Both the position numbers and the translations under genes were made by a program. Source: an uncultured Mollicutes bacterium (GTDB lineage: Bacteria; Bacillota_I; Bacilli_A; RFN20; CAG-826). Taken from it: DNA of 64,000 nt. Below the pieces are notes generated by a model. The model was not told the origin of the DNA, searched no databases, and was given only the letters and a program-made list of their open reading frames with translations. Every line of letters begins with the position of its first letter. The first letter of the stretch is position 1. Where the stretch lies: NCBI GenBank assembly GCA_900539595.1, contig UQCQ01000001.1:251284-315283 (forward strand), read 5' to 3'. Below, piece after piece: positions 18,819 to 28,000 of the stretch.

Positions 18819-19262
18819 ATGAGAAAATTTGAAATCGCCAAAGGATTTGAAAACGAAAACGTCATTTTGCCACGTCGCACGACCGCTTCTAGCGCCGGAT
18901 ATGATTTCCGCACGCTGGAAACCAAGGATATTCAGCCAGGAGAAACGGTTTTAGTTCATACCGGCGTGAAAGCCGCGATGAACTCCAATGAAGTTCTTTT
19001 GATTTATATCCGCAGTTCCATCGGCTACAAAAGAGGCCTCGAACTAGCAAACGCTGTCGCCGTCATCGACGCGGATTATTATGGCAACCCCGATAACGAT
19101 GGAGAAATCATGCTTGCCCTACGCTGTGCAGGAAATAAACCCGCCCACGTGGAAGCGGGTGAAAGAATCGCTCAAGGTTTATTTACCCCTTATTTGGTTG
19201 TCGACGATGATGAGGCAACCGGCGAACGCACCGGTGGGTATGGTTCTACCGGAAAAAATTAA
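18819..19262 (+). CDS. dut: dUTP diphosphatase.
   Basis: MRKFEIAKGFENENVILPRRTTASSAGYDF...AVIDADYYGNPDNDGEIMLAL...GERTGGYGSTGK shows the dUTPase motifs. Confidence 0.85.
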   Translation: MRKFEIAKGFENENVILPRRTTASSAGYDFRTLETKDIQPGETVLVHTGVKAAMNSNEVLLIYIRSSIGYKRGLELANAVAVIDADYYGNPDNDGEIMLALRCAGNKPAHVEAGERIAQGLFTPYLVVDDDEATGERTGGYGSTGKN

Positions 19263-20155
19263 TCTTCTTTGTCGACTTTTTCTGAAATAGGGCGGCCGTT
19301 CTCGTCATAGTTGTCGGCCGCTTTTTTCTTGGTGTTAGGATCAATCAAAATCATTTTCTTCAAACCATGAAGAACTTTGCTTGGCTCTTTCGGCTTAGCA
19401 AGTTCTTCTTTTAGCTTGTCCGGCAACCGGGAATAGAAGTCCGCTTTGGCTTTCCTCCGAACTGCTTTGCCGTCTTCTTGGAGTTTTTCGTAACGGGCCG
19501 TGATGCCGGATTCCCTCGCGAATTTAGATATTTTGGCAAAGATTCCCGCGGAGGTCCAAAGGTCTACGACGATAACCCCGTAAACTAAGCCCATCAAGAA
19601 GATAAATCCAAAGTGGGCGGCCGTTCCTCCGGTCGTAGATCCAAACATATAACCATAAGCAATATCCGCGGCCTTATACACGAAGGGATGAACCCCATAG
19701 TAATAAATCGTTCCCGCGGCAAACCAAATGACGCTGAAAACAGGGCAAATGATGCCGAGGATATTTCCGCGCATATTCGAGTAATCCCATAAGCGGACTT
19801 TAAAGCCCTTCACGAAAACCAAACCGGCGATGAATTCGAGCACCAACATCCCAAGCCCCATGGTCGCGATAGGGATCAGGTCCACGACCGTCGGGGCAGA
19901 GGCATAACCTAACCCCATGAAATCACCCGGGTTATACATCCGCCAATCGGCCGGCAAATTCTTTTCAAAAACGATGCAAATCGTAAACATTAAGATGATT
20001 CCAAACCCATACAAGGGCAGCCATGGTCCTTTCATGAATCCCGGATTCACCCATTTCTTCGCCGTGAAAAAGCGGCGGAACAATACCTCGCACAGGTAAC
20101 CTAGCATCGAGCCAACTAGGAACAGGAACAAATAGAGCAAGAACGTTTTCATCAT
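19259..20155 (-). CDS. Polytopic membrane protein (possibly a CmpB/DUF1113-type putative ABC-transporter permease).
   Basis: MMKTFLLYLFLFLVGSMLGYLCEVLFRRF... with 5-6 TM helices and a charged C-terminal tail. Confidence 0.45.
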   Translation of the reverse strand: MMKTFLLYLFLFLVGSMLGYLCEVLFRRFFTAKKWVNPGFMKGPWLPLYGFGIILMFTICIVFEKNLPADWRMYNPGDFMGLGYASAPTVVDLIPIATMGLGMLVLEFIAGLVFVKGFKVRLWDYSNMRGNILGIICPVFSVIWFAAGTIYYYGVHPFVYKAADIAYGYMFGSTTGGTAAHFGFIFLMGLVYGVIVVDLWTSAGIFAKISKFARESGITARYEKLQEDGKAVRRKAKADFYSRLPDKLKEELAKPKEPSKVLHGLKKMILIDPNTKKKAADNYDENGRPISEKVDKED

Positions 20156-20261
20156 GTTGATCCCTCGTTTCTTTCCTGTTTACTATAAGTGCTTCTTTCT
20201 CATTAGGGAACTATGAAAAAAGAGGAGATCGCCCCCTCTTTTAGATGGCAGTTTCCCTCGT

Positions 20262-20747
20262 TTATTCCCCTTTATAAAGGAAATAACGTCCATCTGCTTT
20301 AATAACGCGAACTTCTTCGACGTTGGAATCCAAGGTTAGTTTTTGGCCATCCCGTTGATAGGTTTCCCCTTCGTAGGTGATGTTAACGAATGCCGGTTCA
20401 ACTTTGGTGATGTAATACGCTTTCTTGTTCTTATCGTCGATGACCACAGAGAAGGGCTTAATCTCTTCCGTGCCAAAGATCGTCAGCTCGTCCCCTTCTA
20501 TTTCTCCATAGGCGTTATAAGCCCCGTTGATAAGGGCGGTGCTAAATTTAGTAATGGAGAAAGAACGATGGGCTTTGTTCCACGCGCTTTCGATGTGGGT
20601 TTCTAGCATGGCGTCGCTTGCGCCTTTCTTAACGCCTTTCCACCATTTTCCGAAAGAACTCTCTTTCTTGTCTTGGGCCTTATCGTCTTGCTTCTGGTCT
20701 TTCTCGTCGACAACCTCTGCATCAATCACTTCTTTTTCATCTGCCAT
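20262..20747 (-). CDS. Hypothetical protein.
   Basis: Start chosen at MADEKEV, 9 nt downstream of AAGGAGG. Acidic/Lys-rich N-terminus. No known domain. Confidence 0.5.
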   Translation of the reverse strand: MADEKEVIDAEVVDEKDQKQDDKAQDKKESSFGKWWKGVKKGASDAMLETHIESAWNKAHRSFSITKFSTALINGAYNAYGEIEGDELTIFGTEEIKPFSVVIDDKNKKAYYITKVEPAFVNITYEGETYQRDGQKLTLDSNVEEVRVIKADGRYFLYKGE

Positions 20748-20810
20748 AAATGCAAACCTCCTTTTACTCATTGTAGAACGTTTTAAGCAAAGAAAAAGCG
20801 GTCAATTTAA

Positions 20811-20856
20811 GGAATTAGAAGTTCTAGAAGTGAACTAGAAGTAACTAGAAGTAAAC
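20811..20856. repeat. Direct repeat array: four copies of (A)ACTAGAAGT at helical (9-11 bp) spacing.
   Basis: ttAGAAGTtcTAGAAGTgaacTAGAAGTaacTAGAAGTaaac. It lies 65-105 bp upstream of the hypothetical gene start at 20747. Confidence 0.6.
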
Positions 20857-20920
20857 TGTTCAAAATTTTGAATTGTTCCCAATTTACAGCCTTTTTTAAC
20901 CAACGCCTGAAATTTAAACA

Positions 20921-20945
20921 CAAAAAAGGCCGGCGATTGCCGACC
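20921..20945 (-). terminator. Rho-independent terminator after tRNA-Ala.
   Basis: GGTCGGCAATCGCCGGCC hairpin plus TTTTTTG on the minus strand. Confidence 0.5.
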
Positions 20946-20958
20946 CATGTGTTTTAGT

Positions 20959-21034
20959 TGGTGGACCTTGTCGGGATCGAACCGATGACCTCCTCCATGC
21001 CATGGAGGCGCTCTCCCAGCTGAGCTAAAGGCCC
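20959..21034 (-). tRNA. tRNA-Ala (anticodon GGC).
   Basis: GGGCCTTTAGCTCAGCTGGGAGAGCGCCTCCATGGCATGGAGGAGGTCATCGGTTCGATCCCGACAAGGTCCACCA. G3:U70 pair, anticodon loop AUGGCAU, encoded CCA. Confidence 0.85.
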
Positions 21035-21160
21035 ACATACGCTTTTCAGCGCGTTTCAAATAATAGGAATTCAAAGAGGGCTTGTCAACGGTTTTTGATA
21101 AGATGGGGTATGGAAATTAACGAAATCGGTGTTATATTACCTAGGCCAAAAGGAAAACCT

Positions 21161-21487
21161 ATGAAAAAATTACTCTTCTGCATCCTTGATTCGACGCCGA
21201 AATCCCAAGAACTGCTCCGCACCCTTTCCAAGGAAGGCTATAACGGAACCGTCATGAATACCGTTGGAATGCACCATGTTTTGCCGAAGCTCAACGGAGG
21301 GACCGCGATTAGCTTATCGACGATGGTTGAGGATGAGCCAAGAGGAAATTTGACTTTATTCATCATCATCGAAGAAGAGGAAATGCCCAAACTCCAAGAA
21401 CGCATTCGCGAACTGACCAATAATTTCGAAGATATTAAAGGCGGCATGTTCGGATTGCCTCTAGAATCCTTCGAAGGAACGTTCTAA
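21161..21487 (+). CDS. Small PII-fold signalling protein (DUF970/DarA-like candidate c-di-AMP receptor).
   Basis: MKKLLFCILDSTPKSQELLRTLSKEGYNGTVMNTVGM...ISLSTMVEDE matches the length and pattern of DarA/PstA. AAGGAA RBS 7 nt upstream. Confidence 0.45.
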   Translation: MKKLLFCILDSTPKSQELLRTLSKEGYNGTVMNTVGMHHVLPKLNGGTAISLSTMVEDEPRGNLTLFIIIEEEEMPKLQERIRELTNNFEDIKGGMFGLPLESFEGTF

Positions 21488-21503
21488 TCCCAATCATCAA
21501 ATA

Positions 21504-21529
21504 AAGCGGAGTGATCCGCTTTTCTTTTT
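21504..21529 (+). terminator. Rho-independent terminator.
   Basis: AAGCGGAgtgaTCCGCTT followed by TTTCTTTTT. Confidence 0.55.
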
Positions 21530-21830
21530 GGTTTGGGAAGCGGAATCGGTTTAGAAAAATGGAAAGCATCAGGAGAATAATAAAGGCATATCAACGCATA
21601 TAGGCTTTTTACGGTTAAATGGAGATATTCTCTTTTTAAGCATTCCACAGCATCCCCCACAAGCAAAAATAAATAACGGGCAATTGGCCGAAAATCAAAG
21701 TGAATTTCTCTTCCATTTTTCTCCTTTTTTGTTAGGTTTGTTAGGTTTTTATAAACCGGAAGATCATCAATAGTAAAAACGAAAAAATTAAAGGCTGGTA
21801 AAGACGCAAAAGTCATAAGTAGCAGCCTAA

Positions 21831-21858
21831 AGAAAAACCCTGCCGCAAACAGGCAGGG
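21831..21858 (-). terminator. Rho-independent terminator after tRNA-Arg.
   Basis: CCCTGCCTGTTTGCGGCAGGG plus TTTTTCT on the minus strand. Confidence 0.55.
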
Positions 21859-21872
21859 CATTCAAGCTGTTG

Positions 21873-21949
21873 TGGCGTCCCCGAGGCGATTCGAACGCCT
21901 GACCCCTTCCTTAGGAGGGAAGTGCTCTATCCAGCTGAGCTACGGAGAC
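21873..21949 (-). tRNA. tRNA-Arg (anticodon CCT).
   Basis: GTCTCCGTAGCTCAGCTGGATAGAGCACTTCCCTCCTAAGGAAGGGGTCAGGCGTTCGAATCGCCTCGGGGACGCCA. Anticodon loop CUCCUAA. Confidence 0.85.
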
Positions 21950-22072
21950 ACGAGGCTTATTCTAATACATTCGCCTGTATCGAGAAAGCACGCCTTTGCT
22001 CCTATTTCTTCACCAAGCGAACATAAAAAGAAGCATCGCTCCTCAAAAAAGGCCCAACGCTTCTTCTTTGGA

Positions 22073-22669
22073 TTATAAGTTGAAGAAATTGGCTCGGGTT
22101 CCGTTGCGACTTAAAGATGCATTTTCCACAAAGATTTTAAGTTGATAGACGCCGTCAGTTGCTTCGTAACGAATATCAAAAGACCAAACTGCATTCTGTT
22201 TCAAATAACGGTCTTCTAGCTCGGTATCGCGGACATAATAGAACGTATAACGGGCAGAAGGGTTCGTGGAATAGCATTCATTCATCGCGGCAGGGACAAT
22301 CCGATAGTACGTCGTGCTGTAATCGGCGGAAAGAGCCATGAGTTTTTCTTTCCCAAACTGCGAAGCGTAGTTCGTGGAGAAATAGGAATAATAGGCTTGC
22401 GCGTTCGTTTCAAGAATCGCTTGATCCTCGCAAACTTGGCTGAAGGAATAGCCGCCATTAAACCAACTGACGCTAGTAGAGATTTCTCCCGTGCATCCCG
22501 TGGGGCAAGTTAAACCCGATAAGCCAAACTTGGCCAATTCTTCTTCCGTAAACCACGCCGAGGAATCATGTTGTTCCGCAGGAGTCTCTATCGGCGTATC
22601 CCCGCCCCCGCAGGATACTAAGCCTAAACTAGCAAGTCCAAGAAGCACCATCGTCATTTGTTTTCTCAT
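22073..22669 (-). CDS. Lipoprotein of unknown function.
   Basis: MRKQMTMVLLGLASLGLVSCGGG lipobox. Cys-rich N-terminal segment. No known domain. Confidence 0.55.
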   Translation of the reverse strand: MRKQMTMVLLGLASLGLVSCGGGDTPIETPAEQHDSSAWFTEEELAKFGLSGLTCPTGCTGEISTSVSWFNGGYSFSQVCEDQAILETNAQAYYSYFSTNYASQFGKEKLMALSADYSTTYYRIVPAAMNECYSTNPSARYTFYYVRDTELEDRYLKQNAVWSFDIRYEATDGVYQLKIFVENASLSRNGTRANFFNL

Positions 22670-22778
22670 TTTCCAAACACCAGCGAAAAATTATATCATG
22701 CGGACAAAATCGGAAAATTTTTTAAGCTCGAAAAGATTCTCATTTTTTGAGAAGATGAATTTGAAAAAAATACACGAA

Positions 22779-24263
22779 TTAAGGCCGATCGACCCGCCCC
22801 ATATAAAGAGGGAGGTCATTTCGATCGCGAATCACGTAAAGGAAGGGGGAATCCAGGTCAAAGGCTAGTCCGGTTATGGTGGGAGCCGCGGCCCCCGCCC
22901 CAATCCCAGACCATGTGATTGTTTTGGCCGTCGTTCCGCTTTCGTCCCAAAAAATGTGGTTCTTCTGCTTCGTTTCTTGGATATAAAGGGGGTCACCGTT
23001 CGATATTCCCGTTAACGGAGAAAGATCCCGCGAATACAAAGTTCCTAACCCCATGGAGGAAAAGAGGTCTTTAAACGATAAGGAACAATCCGCCTGGAAA
23101 CGGGGGAGAGCGACGTCGATGATAAATTGTGTGGTTTCTTCCCCGTGAATCGTCGCCACATATTTTTTCGATTCGTCTTCGACAAGAAAATTGGTTTTTT
23201 TGGCAATGGAAGCGATGTCCCCTCCCCTTTCTTTTGGAGTAATAAACTGCATGGAATATCCGCCTCCATAAGAAAGACGGAAGGAAAAATAATCCCCATA
23301 GTCATAAGCAGACCCCAAAAAGGAATGATGCATAAAGGGAACGACATAAGCTTCTCCAGAAGAGGGGTAGAAATTCTGTTTTTGCGTCTTGGAACCATCA
23401 AATCCCCAAGAGCCAAAGAAGTCCACCGTATTGAAAAGGAAGGCACGCGTATATTCGTCTACGAGAAAATCTTGGCTAGAAAGCACGTTTTGATTCACTT
23501 TCGAATTGACGATATCCACCATGAGATTGATGTCTTTGGCTTTCTCTAAATCCAACGAATAAGCCTCGCAATAAATGGAGGTCAAATAGTCTAAATAAGA
23601 ATCCTGAAACGTTTCTTTATGGTCCAAAAAGAACAATTGGTTCATTTCCACGTGGCTGGACCCTTCTTTCCCAGGATCGCGGTTGGACAGGAAGGCAGGT
23701 AGGAAGTTGGATTCCCTAGAAGAGGAATTTAAATGCAAAACTTCGTCCATTTTGGAAGAAAGAGAAGAATTCTTCACCCCATGTGAAAGGATATCGAGAT
23801 GGAGATACGCGCTTAAAGGACTGAAAAAGGTGTTATCCTCCTTGTTCAATCCCAAATAGGCTTCGTAAGAAAAATCACTCACCGCGTTTTGATAGTCTTT
23901 GCTCACCGGGCGAAGTTCCGAACCGCCAGGATATTCAAACGAATTCATGCGGCGGAACGTATCTTCGCGAATTTGTTGCTGCTCATGAAGAGAATAATTC
24001 CGCTGAACAGGATGATAATTGTTTTTGGTTTTAAAGCCTGCGATTAAAAATCCCGCCAAAGGAACGAGCGCCACCAAAGCAGCCGTCGCGGCCAAACTAA
24101 TCCCCGCAACTTTTGCCGCCGTTTTTCCATAATTAACATAAGGGCGTGCTTTCCCCGGGTTCTTCGGTTCGATTCCTGCTTTTTCTTTTAATAATCGCGA
24201 TTCATCCTGGAAAGAAAGTTTTTCCTCCACGGTGCATTTCAGGTTCTTCTTCCATTTTTTCAT
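22779..24263 (-). CDS. Membrane-anchored serpin-family protein. It has a short cytoplasmic N-terminus, one TM helix and an extracytoplasmic serpin domain. Putative anti-sigma factor.
   Basis: Serpin features include an N-terminal FFSPLSAYLHLDILSHG block. The C-terminal hinge/RCL and shutter region is DESGTTAKTITWSGIGAGAAAPTITGLAFDLDSPFLYVIRD...PLYMGRV. The TM helix is AAKVAGISLAATAALVALVPLAGFLIAGF. ATGA overlap with the upstream ECF sigma gene. Confidence 0.7.
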   Translation of the reverse strand: MKKWKKNLKCTVEEKLSFQDESRLLKEKAGIEPKNPGKARPYVNYGKTAAKVAGISLAATAALVALVPLAGFLIAGFKTKNNYHPVQRNYSLHEQQQIREDTFRRMNSFEYPGGSELRPVSKDYQNAVSDFSYEAYLGLNKEDNTFFSPLSAYLHLDILSHGVKNSSLSSKMDEVLHLNSSSRESNFLPAFLSNRDPGKEGSSHVEMNQLFFLDHKETFQDSYLDYLTSIYCEAYSLDLEKAKDINLMVDIVNSKVNQNVLSSQDFLVDEYTRAFLFNTVDFFGSWGFDGSKTQKQNFYPSSGEAYVVPFMHHSFLGSAYDYGDYFSFRLSYGGGYSMQFITPKERGGDIASIAKKTNFLVEDESKKYVATIHGEETTQFIIDVALPRFQADCSLSFKDLFSSMGLGTLYSRDLSPLTGISNGDPLYIQETKQKNHIFWDESGTTAKTITWSGIGAGAAAPTITGLAFDLDSPFLYVIRDRNDLPLYMGRVDRP

Positions 24264-24757
24264 GGCCGGTACTCCTTTAAAGAAGCCTTCGATTTTTCTC
24301 TCGCTCTTTTATAAATTCCGCGAGCACTGCTAGAAGAAGACAATTGATTCAAAGAGGCGATTTCTTTGAAACTCAGCTCAAAATACGCCCGTTCAATCAA
24401 GACATGGAATTCCAGCGGAGAAAGAAGATTCTCTAATTCTTCCCATAAGGTGGAATAAGAGGAATTAGACCCCCTGTCCTCTGTTAATTCCTCGCAAGAG
24501 GGGCTTTTTCTTAAGTCGTCTAGGGCAAGATTTTTAGCAATGGAACATAGCCAAGACACGAAAGACACGTCTTTGGAATAAGACGAATTCCATGCCTTCA
24601 GATAAGTTTCCATTACGATTTCCTGTGCCCTTCCTTCGTTACGAAGAATGGAAAAGGCGACGTATTTCAAAAGACGAGACGTCGCGTAATAAACGCCTTC
24701 TACGCATCGTTCGTTCTTTTGAAAGAAGCCACGTATGGCTTGGGAATCAATCTTCAT
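24260..24757 (-). CDS. ECF-type RNA polymerase sigma factor (sigma-70 regions 2 and 4).
   Basis: 165 aa. Region 2 (YLKAWNS...) and region 4 HTH (LSPLEFHVLIERAYFELSFKEIASLNQLSSSSSARGIYKRAREK). Confidence 0.75.
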   Translation of the reverse strand: MKIDSQAIRGFFQKNERCVEGVYYATSRLLKYVAFSILRNEGRAQEIVMETYLKAWNSSYSKDVSFVSWLCSIAKNLALDDLRKSPSCEELTEDRGSNSSYSTLWEELENLLSPLEFHVLIERAYFELSFKEIASLNQLSSSSSARGIYKRAREKSKASLKEYRP

Positions 24758-24825
24758 AGGCCTCCACTTATGTAACGAAGAAAAGGAGCAAAACGTTCGA
24801 AAAAATTATAAATTTCCTTTTGCAA

Positions 24826-24853
24826 AGAAAAAAGGCAGCCTTTTCGGTTGCCT
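24826..24853 (-). terminator. Probable terminator after tRNA-Pro.
   Basis: Imperfect hairpin GGCAACCgaaaaGGCTGCC plus TTTTTTCTTT on the minus strand. Confidence 0.4.
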
Positions 24854-24865
24854 TCAATGCTTAAG

Positions 24866-24942
24866 TGGTCGGAACGGCGGGGTTCGAACCCGCGACCTCC
24901 TGGTCCCGAACCAGGCGCACTACCAAGCTGTGCTACGTCCCG
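24866..24942 (-). tRNA. tRNA-Pro (anticodon CGG).
   Basis: CGGGACGTAGCACAGCTTGGTAGTGCGCCTGGTTCGGGACCAGGAGGTCGCGGGTTCGAACCCCGCCGTTCCGACCA. C1:G72 pair, typical of bacterial tRNA-Pro. Confidence 0.85.
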
Positions 24943-25040
24943 TTGCAAACCAAAGATTTGGCGCGAGGGTGATTATATCCCTAGCCAAAGGATAATTCAA
25001 ACAGGGAAATATCGGAATACCCCCTGTTTGAAAGATATCC

Positions 25041-28000
25041 TTAGAATAAAGTTAATTGATTCGATTCGCTTAAGTCCTTCAAAGCCCCTAATTTGTCGAG
25101 GTCTGCGACGTTGGTAGACGATAGTTTCGTCTCTTTTAATAGCTGCTCTTTGGAGAGGAACGGCCTGCCCTGCAGGCGCTTTCTCGCCTCTACGACCGTC
25201 TTGCCCGCGGATTCACCAAGGCCATCGATGACGATGAAAGGTGGAATTAAACACTTGTTCTTTTCATCAACGACGAACATCTTCGAATCGCTGCGGTACA
25301 AGTCAATATTGGCGATATGGAAGCCGCGTTCATAAAGTTCAAGGCAGACGAGGAGCGTCTTTAACTGGTTGGCTTCCTTGTTCGATAACGGGTTCTGACG
25401 GTTATCTTTCCTCGCGCGAAGGGCTTCGATTTTGGCGATAATCGCATCTTCGCCTGCAATCATGGTTTCGATATCGTAGGCGTCACTACGGACGGAGAAG
25501 AAAACCGCGTAGAACTGCAAAGGATAATAGAGTTTGAAGTAAGCGACGCGGACTGCCATCATGACGTAAGCCGTCGCGTGGCCACGCGGGAAGAGGTATT
25601 GAATCTTGCGGCAGGAATCGATGTACCATTCCGGGACGTTATGGGCGCGCATCGCCGGGACATAGATATCTTCCTTCTTTTGGAAAAGGCCATGGCCGTG
25701 ACGAACGTCTTCCATAATCTTAAATGCCATCTGGGGTTCCAAACCCTGAAGAATCAAATACGACATAATATCGTCACGGCATCCGATGACGCCGTTGATG
25801 TCGGTTGTTCCGCTTAAAACCAAGTCTTCGGCGTTACCCTGCCAAACGTTCGTCCCGTGGCTTAAGCCAGAGATGATTAACAAGTCGTTAAACGTCTTGG
25901 GCTTAGCTTCATCTAACATTCGCTGGGCTAGATCGGTGCCGAATTCCGGTAGAGCACTGGCCCCTGTGACGGAATTGAGATAATTACGGTGCAAATGCAA
26001 TTCACGGGGCGAAGTAAACAAGGAAAGAACTTTCGGATCATTCATTGGAATGTCTTCGATTTTCACGCCCGTTAAATCACGGTAATAACGCATGGCCATG
26101 GGGTCGACGTGTCCCAAAATATCGAATTTGAGAATTTCATCGTGCATGGAATGGAAGTCGTAGTGGGTGGTCAGCCAATCCGAATGCAAGTCGTTAGCAG
26201 GATGCTGAACGGCGGTGAAGTTATAAACCGACATATTGGAAGGAACGACGACGATACCGCCCGGGTGTTGACCGGTTGTGCGTTTAACACCTTGGCATTT
26301 GGAAGCCAAATAGGCGATATAGGTGGGGCTAACATCCTCCACGCTACGTCCGCTTCCATCCCGGGCAAAAAGGTCTTCAAAATAACCGCGAACATAACCA
26401 TATGCCGTCTTCTCAGCAACGGTTTCAATCGTGCCGGCACGGAAGACGTTGCGCGGTCCTAGCAGGAGTCGAGTGTAGTTATGGGCTTTATGCTGACTTT
26501 CATCCTCGAAGTTCAAGTCGATATCCGGGACTTTATCCGCGGCGAACCCCAGGAAGGTTTCAAACGGAATGTTTTGACCGTTTTGAACCAAGGGGGTTCC
26601 GCATTTGGGACAGACTTTATTCGGCAAATCAAAGCCCGATTTGTATCCCTTCTTCAGGAAATCAACGCCATCTTCGTCTTTAAAGGTCAAATAATGGCAA
26701 TGGGGGCATTGATAATGAGGAGGCAACGCGTTGACCTCGGTGATATCGGCCATCGTCGCAGCAAAAGAGGAACCGACGGATCCACGGCTGCCAACGATGT
26801 AATGCTCGGGCTCATCATTTGCCATCTTAATGAGCTTATGGGCGATAAAATAGGTAACGGCATAGCCGTGCCCAATGATACCTTCTAACTCACGGTCTAG
26901 ACGCTTTCGAACAAAATCGACTGCTTCCAAGACTTTGGGATCGTCATCGAAGGTGTAGTCATAACGCGCATGGAAATTGCCTTCGCAGAGGTCGCGAAGC
27001 TGACCTGCGGAGTTCGGCAAGTTTTCATTCGGAGGGAAGACGTCGTGGGAAATCGGGGTAATGTGGTCTTCGATTTGATCGGCGACCCAATTGGAGTTCT
27101 TGATGACGTATTCTTCCGCTTCTTCTTTAGGAAGCCATTGTTCAAAACTTTCTAGCATCTCCGCCGTGGAACGGAAATGCTGATCGGGGTTCGCAAATGG
27201 CTTGTAATGGGAACGAGTAGGTGGGTTCAAAGGATGAGCGCCACCTCCAATAGCTTTCGCGTTGATATAAACATCGCGGAGGATTTTATCCTCGGGATTC
27301 ACGTAATGGCAGTCACCCGTTGCAACAACCGGCTTGCCCGCGAGTTTCGCGGCCTTGACGATATCGTGCAGCACTTCCAACAGGTGTTCTTTCGAGGCAA
27401 TACGTTCCATATCCAACAAATAGCTATAGTTTTCTAATGGCTGGATTTCGATGTAATCATAGAACTTCATCGCATCGACTAAGACGTCGAGGTTACGGGT
27501 TAAGGCAATTTCAAAGATTTCGCTGTTAAAGCATCCGCTGCCCACCAGCATGTTCTTTCGATACACCTCAATCAATCGGCGCGGGGTCTTGGGGACACGG
27601 CCTAGATAAGTCGTATGGCCTTGGGTGACGATTTTATAAATGTCGTCCATGCCCTGGGTGTTCTTGGCCAAAACCACCATATGGTATTCGCGGATGTTCC
27701 GGCAGAAGGCATTGAACGCCTCTTTCATATCCGTTAAGTGTTGGAAAAGAACGGGCTTTTTGGAAAGGTCCGGATCATTAGGATCGGGGTCATAAGCCAA
27801 ACGTTTATATTCCTGGTGGGCCTCTTCAAACGAATGGAATTCGAGTTGGATGTCATCCTTGGGGTATTGAAGGTGCCAGAACGGCATGAACTTATTCATG
27901 GCACGGGTAAAGCGAGCGTAGTTCCCTTCATCCGCCGTATCGCGTTCCACGTCTTCAATATCGGGCAATTCCACCTGGAGGTTGCCTAAATCTTCATGGG

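Noticed and set aside
21484-21861. 125-aa minus-strand ORF between the DarA-like gene and tRNA-Arg.
   Set aside because: It spans AT-rich intergenic DNA, overlaps two terminator hairpins, has no RBS, and its translation is low complexity. It is treated as non-coding, though a small RNA cannot be excluded.
20835-25117. Short ORFs overlapping the three tRNA genes (20835-21074, 21872-22078, 24754-24948, 24848-25117).
   Set aside because: They overlap well-formed tRNA-Ala, tRNA-Arg and tRNA-Pro genes, so their translations are artefacts.
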